64,000 nt of DNA from Owenia fusiformis (taxonomy: Eukaryota): positions 10,912,001-10,976,000 of the forward strand of contig CAIIXF020000001.1 of assembly GCA_903813345.2 (NCBI GenBank). The letters run 5' to 3'. A program made the translations under genes and the position numbers. Numbering within the stretch: the stretch's first letter is position 1; every line of letters starts with the position of its first letter. Positions 1-10,900 of this stretch are shown piece by piece. Under the pieces are notes generated by a model. It was not told the origin of the DNA. It made no database searches and worked only from the letters and a program-made list of their open reading frames with translations.

Positions 1-171
1 AGAGAACAGCCTTAGAACAAGGAAAATCCTTATTTTGAATATATATATTTGATTTTCCTGCAGTCTTATTGTCCCACAATCATTTTCTGAAGGCTAAGCC
101 ATTTGACTTTCAATTTTCTTATTTAGTAAAATTAAGAAGTGGCTCTGAACAACAAAGGCCAGGGTATAAAT

Positions 172-607
172 CATAGATACTAGTATTCCGTAATTCCGCG
201 GCGTGGACGGAATTTGACAAAAAATTTTTGCAGAATCCCTGATTTTCATGAAAATCCCGTGGAATTACCAGAATTTCCAGAAATTACATATTTTACGATC
301 TCCTACCTTTGCGGGGTATTTGAAGAGTGTCTGTTTATGTCCAACAATCAATCATTATTGAGTACAAGTACGATTTTACCGTGAAATTCAACATTCTATC
401 ACGTTTAAATTCGCTAAAGCGAGTTCGCTAATGACGCGCAGTTCTTACCTAGAAAGTAGCTGACTTCCGTTTCCGTTTTTCATCGTTTTAAAAGATTTCA
501 GAATTTGGACTTTTTTTGAAAATTTGTGCAGAATTTCAATTTTCTCCTTGCAGAATTTGCTTTTTTTCTTGCAGAATTTTTTGCAGAATTTTGAACTAGT
601 ATCTGTG
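172..607. mobile_element. Non-autonomous DNA transposon (MITE) with 13-bp TIRs and a 6-bp TSD
   Basis: CATAGATACTAGT at 172 and ACTAGTATCTGTG ending at 607 are inverted repeats with 1 mismatch. ATAAAT flanks both sides (166-171, 608-613). GCAGAATT subterminal repeats; no ORF. Confidence 0.7.
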
Positions 608-1294
608 ATAAATCAGTGGCATTTTCACATACAATCTTGACAAACGTATGCACCTGTCCACTTTTTGATTCTAAAATCAAAACAAACATCTTAGCAGGTA
701 TCAGGCAAAGTATAAACTACCCTCTCTGTGATGAACACGTACTTAGAGTAAACATATTCTTGTAGCTTCATAATAGGTGTTCACTATACACAGGTTTTAC
801 TGCATTTGGAAAATAGAGTCATCAAATGTGCTAGACTAATGAAAGCAATCATAGACTGACAATAGTTATAGCAGGTTTAATTGCTACATTATGAAGCATT
901 CTGACAAAATAGCTTCTTGCTAGCGCTAGGTTTCATTTCAACTTTTGGTCCTTTTCCTTTGGCACCTGTGCTTAGATATTTTGAAATGCAATCCTTTGAA
1001 ATTTTTGCTACAATGCAATTTAACCCAACTGTATAACAGGTACCATTGTGTTAAGTCATCCTTGTAATTGCAGCGATGAAACCTCAGATTTTTATCATAG
1101 AATAAAGAATGAGATAAGATTTTCATACCTACCTATCTCAAACCAAATTTGGAAATCAAAATTGTTCCTTAATTTAACCATTGGCCTGAGGTAGACTTCA
1201 TGATTGATTCTTGATGAACTTCATCTAATCAAGACAAATATCATCACATTTGTCCAGTAGTGACCCTGGACATCTAAGGCTTAGAAAATCAGTC

Positions 1295-1426
1295 TATATA
1301 ACAGTCAGTGGGTAGTTATGATTTGGGGCAAGACAAAATCATGATCTATACGAACTTCTCAAAGAAAGTAAAGATCATAATTTGGACTTGCCCCAAATAA
1401 TAACTGTACATTGACTGTGCTATATA
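1295..1426. repeat. Imperfect ~130-bp palindrome, probably a transposon-derived hairpin
   Basis: acagtcagtgggtagttatgatttggggcaag ... cttgccccaaataataactgtacattgactgt form inverted arms. Confidence 0.55.
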
Positions 1427-2090
1427 AGATATTTCAAAACAGAATGAGAAATTGAATCAATGGCACCTAAAGTAAACTTACATGTACCTGGTTAAGAAGG
1501 TTAAGTACAATGGTTCGAAAATCAAACTATTCACAAAGGTAAACGAGAACAGTCTATTCAAAGAGTGCAAATGAGAAATTTTACAAGTAAATTTTCTATT
1601 AATTACAATACAAACCTATTCCATGACATATGCTAATACCCCTAATTTGGAAAAATGGGCAAGTCCAAAAACAACAGGATAACCTGAATCCCTCTAGGTC
1701 AACTGACCTAACACCCCTTTATATGCTATATCTTCATAATTGTACGCAGTAAAACTTAAAAATACTGCGGGGAGGCCGGGTGGGCCTATGGTCATGGAAT
1801 AGGTTTGTATTGTAATTAATAGAAAATTTACTTGTAAAATTTCTCAATTACATACAATCCAACCTATTCCATGACATATGCTGAATTCAAAGTAAAGGAG
1901 GTGGGACCCCGATTAAGCCAAAAGTATAATAAATATATATACACAAGTACTTATAATAAAAAGTAAATTCATATTACCAAAAAGTACTCTGATCTCACAA
2001 ACCATAGTGATCCCTAGTAGAACAACCACCGTCATCCATTGTAAGGCAGAGGCTGTGACACATCTGTATAACTGTTATTGTCCTATCATA

Positions 2091-2445
2091 GTGAGCAGTC
2101 TTAGCCATCTAAGGGTAATGACCAACTCCTATGAATAGAGACTGGTTAACCAAGGATGGGCCGTTTAACCAAACGAGGCAACCTTGCAGTTCTTCAAGGG
2201 TCCAGGTCACAAGCTAGTTGAGTTGAACCCTTCTGCAAAACAGTTCAGCTACACATCTGGGAGACTGTATGTCCTTTCACAGTGAGTATCCTTACCCATC
2301 TAAGGGTTGCGAATAACTCCTATGAATAGAACTGGTTAGCCAAGGATGGGCCGTTTAACCAAACGAGGCAACCTTGTAGTTCTTCAAAGGTCCAGGTCAC
2401 AAGCTGGTTGAGTTGAACCCTTCTGCAAAACAGTTCCACTTACAC
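2091..2445. repeat. Internal tandem duplication (~191-bp period, 2 copies) in the DIRS-like element
   Basis: The block ccatctaagggt...ccaaggatgggccgtttaaccaaacgaggcaacc...gcaaaacagttc occurs at ~2091 and ~2282. Confidence 0.85.
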
Positions 2446-4002
2446 AAGAACTGGATAGACAAGGAATGGCTGTGTACAAGATAAAGACAAACCAAGTCCA
2501 CCCAGTGTTACTTCCAATCACCAGACAACAGTGCAATACTGAGTTGGTAACAAGTTGCAGAGTACTTAAAGTTGTATATAGTTCTTGAAGCTGTAGACCC
2601 ACCTGCAGCTTGGATGAGATATACATGAGTTAATCCAAGCCATTGTTGTAGTTCTTGTCAGTGTAGACAAAGGCATCATCCTTTCATCCATTGGAATTCT
2701 AGGAAACTGCCAAATAAATCAACTACCATGAGTCACAGCACAGGGTCCTAAAGGAACCAGTCTTGCATACAAAGTGAGGTGGTACACACTACAGCTTGTC
2801 TTGTATCTGCTGCGAGGTTGGTACAGTCACCAGATAACTACAAGGATAAGTCAAACCATCTTCTTTGTAGTACCAATTAGTATTCATCATAGAACAGATC
2901 AACCATTACTGCTGACCTGGGCAAGAAGAGACATCTTCCATCTGGCCAAAACAAGTTGTTCAATGGACAAACTAGTGCATCTAGACAGTCTATCCATCTG
3001 TATAAAACTGTAACACAGCTACCCTAGTAGACACAGTGGCACATCAAGCACAAAGTAGAACAGCATACAGGTCCATACTTATCTATGAAGGATTAGTATG
3101 GAGATGAATCTAAAGGTGGTTGGAAACAAGCTTGCATTTGTTGGTAAACTTGTTAGACATCTTTAAGAAGGTGAGGATATCACTGATATGATTGTCTATA
3201 GTGGCCATAGCATAACGGAAAGTATTCTACTGCCATCAAAGCACTGCTAAGTGTTGTTCCCACGAAGAGCTTGGCTTGGAATGCAACCTTCAATTGTTGT
3301 ATTCGGCATTGTAGTTGAAAACTATTGGATTGTGGTTAGAACATCCATCTGTCCAGGTTGTAAACAGCAAACATCATAGCTAGTGCTGCATATTGACAGA
3401 ATACTGCAGAAGAATTCAGAACCTCACTGGATCAACAAAATTCTTGGCCTGGAACCAAAAACTTTTAAATGTTCTTCACAGGCTTGCAAAAGGCAGACTA
3501 GTGGTATCTTCAATGGAAAGTACATCTATCTGTCTATAAGAGTACAAGTATAACAGTATTGAACGTAGATACTGCTACAAAAGGAAGCACTACTAGTATA
3601 GTATGAGAGTATAGTAGTGCTAGATCCACCAAAATCTGTGTCCAAAAACGTAACCTTTAAATTCATCCAGGTTTGTAGTTGGCATCACTGGTTGACAAGA
3701 ATAGTCCGCTTTTTCTCCCGGGTCTGTCTAAAGCTACCAAGAGCATACATCATGGATGTAGGTGTATAGGAACACTACTGCAGTATGTAGTAAGGTAGTG
3801 CTGGATCCACAAAGTTCTTGACTTGGAGCATAACCTTTGTAGATCAAACTTGGCTTGGAGTTGAAACTCTAGTATCAACAGCGTAAACATCAGGCCCGCA
3901 TGGTCATCGAAGTACTACTGCATGTGTCTACCAGTCAAATGTTGGATCCATACAATGCTTGGTCCAAGAACATTACTTTTCAGTAGTCTTAAGCCAAACT
4001 TG

Positions 4003-4640
4003 CAGTTGCTCAAGGGAAAAAACTATATCATAAAAAACATGATAAGTTTATCCAATTGGTTAAAACTTCCAGCCTTTTACTAGTTAAATAGTAGTATTAG
4101 TACTATGAACATGAACTAGTAATAATATAAAAACCAAATGAAGTCTGGACTGAAGTGAAACCTTAAATCAATCCAGGCCCAAAAAGCCCAAGATTAATTC
4201 CACAAATAAGGTGACTTGTAGTTTCTCAATGGAAAAAACAATATCATAAAACATGATTAGTTTATCCAATTGGTTAAATCTACCAGCCTGTTCTAGTTAA
4301 GTAGAAGTATACGTACTATGAACATGAACTAATAATAAAATAAGACCAAAAGGAGTCTGGAACTGGAGTGATACCTGAAGGCAATCCAGGCCCAAAGACC
4401 ACAAAGATGAATTCCACAATAAAAGTGACTTGCAGTTTCTCAGGGGAAAAAACTATATCCAAAAAAAAATGGTCAGTTTATCCAAGTGGTTAAAACTACC
4501 AGCCTTTTACTAGTTAAATAGTAGTATTAGTACTATGAACATGAACTAGTAAAAAATATAAGACCAAATGAAGTCTGGGACTGGAGTGAAACCGTAAAGC
4601 AATCCAGGCCCGAAAACCACAAAGGCAACTTTCACAATCA
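4003..4640. repeat. Internal tandem array (~215-bp period, 3 copies) in the DIRS-like element
   Basis: Units containing gtttatccaa.tggttaaa, gtactatgaacatgaacta and caatccaggccc start near 4003, 4219 and 4433. Confidence 0.85.
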
Positions 4641-7065
4641 AAGGGATGTGTTTTCAATATTAGATGAAAACCACCTTGTTTGAAAATAATAACCAATCCA
4701 CGAATGAATAAGTACTATGGTTATGAATAAAAACGAAAATGAAAGAAAACAGGCTCCAGATAATAAAAATGAGAGCCCATCACTTAGAAGCATGTTTAAA
4801 CACAAGATTCATGGTATAAAGAACCTGAACCGATGTGTAGAATCCTCTCTTCTACTGTTGATTGAATAATATAAAAATATATTTCACTCAATAAACTCAT
4901 GATATTATCAATTTAAGACAAGATTCAAACATGTGTGAAGGTACACCGCTTATAAAGAAACATATAGTTACTTAGAAAATATGCATGAAACCAATCAATA
5001 CCAGAAAAGGAGTGATTGATAAGTAGCTGTTAAAGAGTATGAAGCATATTTTAAGGTGAGCCACTCCTTAAAAAAACTGTGGTTAGGGTAAAACTAACCA
5101 ATAGATTCTAAGACACAGAGTGGACCTGAGATATGTAGATAAACAATAATGTAGATCTCCATAAAGAGACACAAAAGTACAAACAAAACAAACAAAAAAA
5201 ACTTAGTAAAAATTATCCTTGTAAAATTAAAAATAATGAAACAAGATTTGAAAACCAAGATATCCAAAATGATTGTAGAACAAACATCCTATGCCCTGGT
5301 ATAAATAAAGAATGAATACGTTGTGACCAGAAGGCATTAATGAGCCATTCAATGTATCTTAAAGTAAGGCTTCTGTAAACTAACTAATTTTACACGAATG
5401 TAAAATTAGACCTAAAAATAGTTGATGAATAAGAAATACAAAAGTAAAAGCTGAGTGTATCTGTAAGCAGAAAACAAACAGAACATAGAAAACAAGTGAT
5501 GTGAAGAGTAGCAAGTGAATGAAACGTTCACATCTCTTAAAATGTCAAAAAACTTTCACATCTCTTAAAATGTCAAAAAACTAATATTTTAAATTAATTG
5601 ACTGCTAAACCACACAATTCCATAAAGTGCTGCAACCAAGAACCCTACAAAGGGTGTAAAGTGATTGTGAATAAAGATGAGAATTAACTACATCTATGAA
5701 CAATGCAGATTCAATCCAACTGAAAAATATGTTATCTAGTCAAGCTAGTTACTAAACTAGAAACAAAGTTGAGACTAATTCTCGAGTAATAAAAAGTAAG
5801 ACAAAGAAACAAGAAAGATCAGCAAAAAGATCTTTCAATACTAATAATTTACACTCATCAATAAGTAGAGTTCTTAGAAAAACTCCATCTATTCATAATC
5901 CCTGAACACAACATTTCAAAAAAAGAAAACACTGTTCAGTGGATAAGCACAGCTTGAATGTAATGATTACTGAGTGAAAAACTAAGGAATAGTCATTCAA
6001 AACAATGAACTCCAACAAAGCTACTGTAGGTGCATGATAAAGGGGAATAACCTTATGAACCTAGAAGGCCATCATTACATAATATACTACACAATAGTAT
6101 AGTCATGAACTCAAAGGATTAGAACCCTTGGGCTAGTAAAAGTATACTAGTATAGGGTTAAAGAGTAAAGGTCCCTTATAGAAAGGTTCAAGGTATGAGT
6201 GAAAAACCTTTACAAAAAAGATAATACAAGCCAGTAGGGGTCAAATAAAGTTCAACTGGGTCTGAACTTATTGTCCCAAAGACAAGCTAGGCTAACCTAA
6301 AGTTGACTGTTAGCTAAGCGTGTAGCTTGAAAATAAAATCCATGGAAGGATTACCTAAAAACTGACCTGTTTCTAGTGTTAGAAGTACACTAAAATACAA
6401 CCACAAATGAGCTCACTGCACTGAAGAATGACTTGTGACTCTGTCCAAGTACCTTCTGCTGCTGAGGAGGCCCTGCTGAGGTATAGTCTTGAAGATCTAC
6501 CATGGGATGGTGGGCACCAACTCCCTCAGTAAACTGCTACTCAAGTTGTGCATGCTTCTAACAAGCACCTTGCTGTCATCTGTGCCAGTTCAGATTGTAG
6601 ATTTTCCGACTTCTGTAGACTATCACGTTGACTAGGTTCCCGTAACAAGCTGGTAACCCCTAGTCCTGCATATATCTGCCATCAATTTACCAATTATCTA
6701 AGAAACTTCTAGCAGATAGAGTAAAAAACTGGACTCTAAAATCTTTCCACTTTTCCATACATAGGCAAGTACAATTATGAAGATATAGCATATAAAGGGG
6801 TGTTAGGTCAGTTGACCTAGAGGGATTCAGGTTATCCTGTTGTTTTTGGACTTGCCCATTTTTCCAAATTAGGGGTATTAGCATATGTCATGGAATAGGT
6901 TGGATTGTATGTAATTGAATCATATGATCATGATGAAAATAAAAAATTCGGCGAAAATAAAAAATACACAGCTTTCAAACGTATATACCAGCTACATTTC
7001 AACAATATTGTGACTTTAACTAGGGTCTTTCAAAGCTTTAGATATTAATTTATAGTTATCCTTAC

Positions 7066-7108
7066 CTACATCACCGTCAAACGGTGTAGAACTAGAAAAC
7101 AGAGGCAT
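7066..7108 (-). CDS. STAM: First coding exon of signal transducing adaptor molecule (STAM/ESCRT-0 subunit); the remaining exons were not found and probably lie left of the window
   Basis: aaaATG CCT CTG TTT TCT AGT TCT ACA CCG TTT GAC GGT GAT GTA G|gtaag gives MPLFSSSTPFDGDV(E). This matches the STAM1/2 N-terminus (MPLF..NPF.QDVEKAT) with a phase-1 donor. It is too short for the ORF track. Confidence 0.8.
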
Positions 7109-7917
7109 TTTGTTTAAAATTTCGTCTTTTGTTGAATATGTTATGAAGTTTCAATATTGTTCACTGCGCATGACAGGAAACGCAAATGATATCATCACTG
7201 AACGAAACTGTACTTCAATAATGTGATTCCCGGGAAGTGGGCAACAGCAGGTTGCTGTTGCTCCGAGTCTTGATGACAGAATATGAAGTTTTATAAAAGT
7301 TAAAATCTACCCTATTTTCAATAATGATGATGATGAGGCAGTTGTAACATTTGATGCAAATAGCATCTTAATGACCCCAAATGCATCTATGGAAGCCATT
7401 GAATTAATGCACCATTCAGAGGTTTGCAGCATGAAACCCCCACATGGGGAGGATCGGGAATTTGACATTCAGTACTATCGCAGGGGCAGTTATCCCGAGA
7501 GTAGGGACCATGTTGGTAATCAGAATTTTGACCAGCCATTATTGCTCCTAAGGCGGGGAAACTCACTAGGTTTGCTCCCAGTGCAGTGCAGTGCAGTGCA
7601 GTGCCATGCCGTGCAGTGCCATGCCGTGCAATGGCATGCCGTGCCGTGCCGTGCCGTAACGTACAGTGCAAGCCTTTGAAAGTGGGGGGAAAGTTGAAAA
7701 GCTACACCTTTGAGATATTCCCCGGTGATGGCAAACTAAACGTACTAAACGAAAATTAAACTGGTATAGCTACCATTATTCACAGCTACCAAATGTTCTA
7801 ATACAGAAAATAACATCCGGTTGAAAAGCGTGAACTCTTTTTTTAAACACTTTAAGCTCTCTATCATGATATAGATTGCTTATCATACCATACAAGTAGA
7901 AATACACTAGCTATACT
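7109..7917. promoter_or_regulatory. Probable bidirectional promoter between STAM and DCAF13
   Basis: Divergent ATGs at 7108 (-) and 7918 (+), 809 nt apart. Locally higher GC/CpG, with ETS-like motifs GGAAGTG (~7233) and ACATCCGGT (~7813). Confidence 0.6.
7579..7657. repeat. Degenerate pentanucleotide microsatellite (CAGTG/CCATG/CCGTG)n
   Basis: Directly visible; it explains the spurious ORFs 7371-7679 and 7387-7671. Confidence 0.85.
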
Positions 7918-10900
7918 ATGAAAGTTAAATTACTGTGCAGGAATCCGGACGAATATATCCGAGAGACTAAAAAAGACATTCATAAAGGTATGAAACTTTT
8001 TTCTCAACTATTTAATTATTTATTAGATCTACAGAGTTACTCAAACTCCCATGTAGTATCTCGGAATAGACACTGCGGCGGGCAGATGAAGAAATAATCC
8101 ACATTTGAAATATATCCCCCTTTTCATCATAGACCATAGTCAATTTTCACACTACTTATTTTGCTAATTACTACAGTGCTCACCATAAATAAATGACACC
8201 TGGATTTGCTGAAGCAGTCAATGTGGTACAACGAAAATGGGACTTTTGCGCATGTTAAAATTTTTTTATCAAAACTCAACGTTTGTTCAAGTTGATACGA
8301 TTGTCTTTCGAACTGGAGACTTACCTCATTCGAAAGATCATAAAATACTTTATACTGAAAATCTTAGATCCCAGCATAGTAGAATACGCGTCGGTCCGTG
8401 CAAAATTGATTTATAAACGTTATTGGTCAGTTGGTTGATAGTTTTCTCGTGAGCATGCGTGAACCCTGATGAAAACTTATGAAGACCAGAGCAAACATTA
8501 CTAGCTCTCGAACGAAATTCCAAGATTCAGATCATTTCTCCGTGTTTGCTAAGCATGTATACGTGAATGACAAGTTGTTTTGAGTAGATCAGGTACCTGT
8601 TTTAAACACATCATTGATTTAGCTTGACATTGATGTGCACATTGGCACTTTTGAGCATGTTAATACAAGTTTTTACACTCTTAGCAGGAGACGGGTTTTC
8701 GAAAAATCTGTTATCTAATTCACTCGATTATCGTATGGATATGTATTTCCGCAGACATTTGAACACTACATCACATAGATTTACGATGCAGAATGATAAT
8801 AAAACACAAAACAACTACTAAATTCCACTTGTTATTTCCCAGGAGGTAAAAATGCACACTGTCTAGATTCTTTGAAAGGGTTGTCAGACATTGGATTGGT
8901 CGCCATATTTGAAATGAAAATATCACTAAATAGAGCTTTGTGCATGTCGTAACATATCGACTGGAAGTGAGGATTTCCCACGTTAAAAAGAAGAGAATTT
9001 TCAAGAGACTTAATACATCAGTGGTTGAGAGTGTACAAAATGTAAAATATACAAAACTTAAGGGATGTGTATCTAGACATTATTGGAAAGTATGAAGTCT
9101 CAAATATCACCATGGTCCGGAAATGGTGATAGAAAATCCAGCAAAATTGAAGGATAGTGATCTGGCTAGGGATCTGTGTATAGTATAGTTATTAGTTACA
9201 CAGGATGATTAACTGGAGTCTCTATAGCCAAATTATTTAGCTAGACATCATGGCATGTGGAACTCCATAATCTTATGAAAGGTTTTCCTTGCTTCAAAGA
9301 TTTAATTTCAATTAAATTCTAAAATCATTGTAAGAATACTAGAATAGTTCATGTATTGAAATTGAAACTTGTCCTTCATGCAATATTGCATGATGATTCC
9401 GTCTATCTTATTGTATTAAATAAAACATGATAAATAAAAATAAAAAAATTCCGTCTAAAATTAGAGTAACGGCTCCGAGCAATGGCGGATATTTGACAGC
9501 AACTATGAAAACTGGACGAAAATGTTGTTATGTCTGACATTATAACTGACTGTATATTCAAAGTACTAATCCAAAAAATTTGATTACAAATATGTTGATC
9601 GCTTCTTGTGTGTTTTGAAATTTTTTGTAAAGTAAGACCATGGGCTTTCAGTAAGACCAAAACTCAGGCAATTCAAATTGTGAAGTTAAAAAATTGAAGC
9701 TGGTTTTATTTCAATTTTTTGACATGAGTCTTATATGGCAGAATAAAACATACAGGGATTTATGATTCGCGTAAGGCTGCTACACAGTGGAAGCCTTAGA
9801 CGTAAGTAACACCGGATGCATATGGATTTATTGATATGCTGTGTCAACTTTGAGGAATCTGCTTCAGCCCTATATGTGAATTTTAAAAGCCAATAATTTT
9901 TGGCACAAGCTTTACACCTATTTCTAAGCTAAATGAATTACAATATAGCATTCAGTCTCTTCTCATGACAGAAAAGTACACTGAGAAATCTTTTGCGGTC
10001 TATTATCTTAACTTTTTATTTTTTTTTATAGTTCCGAGAAACTATGATCCTGCACTACATCCATTTGAAGCTGCTAGGGAGTACACAAAGGCCCTGAATG
10101 CATCCAAGTTAGACCGTGTATTTGCTAAGCCATTCCTCGGATCTCTTAATGGACACAGAGACGGCATTCATTGTATGTCATCACACCCCAGCAGTTTATC
10201 TACTATACTCTCGGGGGCTTGTGATGGTGAGGTAAGAAATGAACTAACCTGTAAATAATGTAGGTTATCATCACCAACTATGCTTTTCTCTAGGTTTATA
10301 AGTACATGTACACACTTGCTCATATAACCCTCTATCTGAAAATTCCTCTTCAATATATCTTATTTCCCATGAAAGGAACATGATGATACTTCACTATGGC
10401 ACATGCTGTTCTATACTTTACTTTATACATTTCAAAAGGACAGGTATATATAACTTTATATGTTTCTAGATTCGCCAGTGGGACTTGGCAAAGAGAACTT
10501 GTACTCGTACAATCAATGCACATGAGGGCTTTGTGAGAGGTTTAACAGTAACACCATCTGCTGAATCTTTCTATTCGGTAAGAATACATATTGGCAACAT
10601 TCCATTGACTTTATATTTTTGAATATGTAAATAAGTTTCCTGTATAATATAATTGAATATGATTTGTAATAACATGCAACTTCTTGAAAATGTGTTGACA
10701 TAAAGAAAATAAAAATATGATACCCATACCTTTTAGTGTTGTCGCGATTAATTTTTCTGGGGGTGTTTCCTCCTGAAATTATTTATTATAGCACATCACA
10801 ACAACGTTTATTACCTATTACCTATATATGCATTTGATATGTTTAGCTTATGTTTTTCTTACAGTGTGGTGATGACAAAATAATTAAGCAATGGAGAATG

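Larger units (their letters stand above)
1572..6918 (-). mobile_element. DIRS1-like tyrosine-recombinase retrotransposon, non-autonomous (decayed interior)
   Basis: 133-bp ITR cores at 1613-1745 and 6769-6901 are identical in reverse complement, with non-identical terminal extensions. The internal complementary region 1791-1882 is revcomp(1572-1627) fused to revcomp(6880-6918) through a shared TCA. The element starts and ends in TGA, with no conventional TSD. Only weak minus-strand motif remnants remain (ISDILTFLK at 3158-3187; LVFKHASK*W near 4775-4808); no intact ORF. Confidence 0.85.

Noticed and set aside
7371-7679. Overlapping 102-aa and 94-aa ORFs with Cys/His repeats
   Set aside because: Produced by a pentanucleotide microsatellite in the intergenic promoter; no recognisable domain.
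8466-8520. CTGATGA...GAAA as a possible hammerhead ribozyme core
   Set aside because: The required stems II and III cannot be formed from the flanking sequence.
10378-10460. C-box-like ATGATGA in DCAF13 introns (also ~9390) as possible C/D snoRNAs
   Set aside because: No suitably placed D box (CTGA) with a terminal stem; a covariance-model search would be needed.
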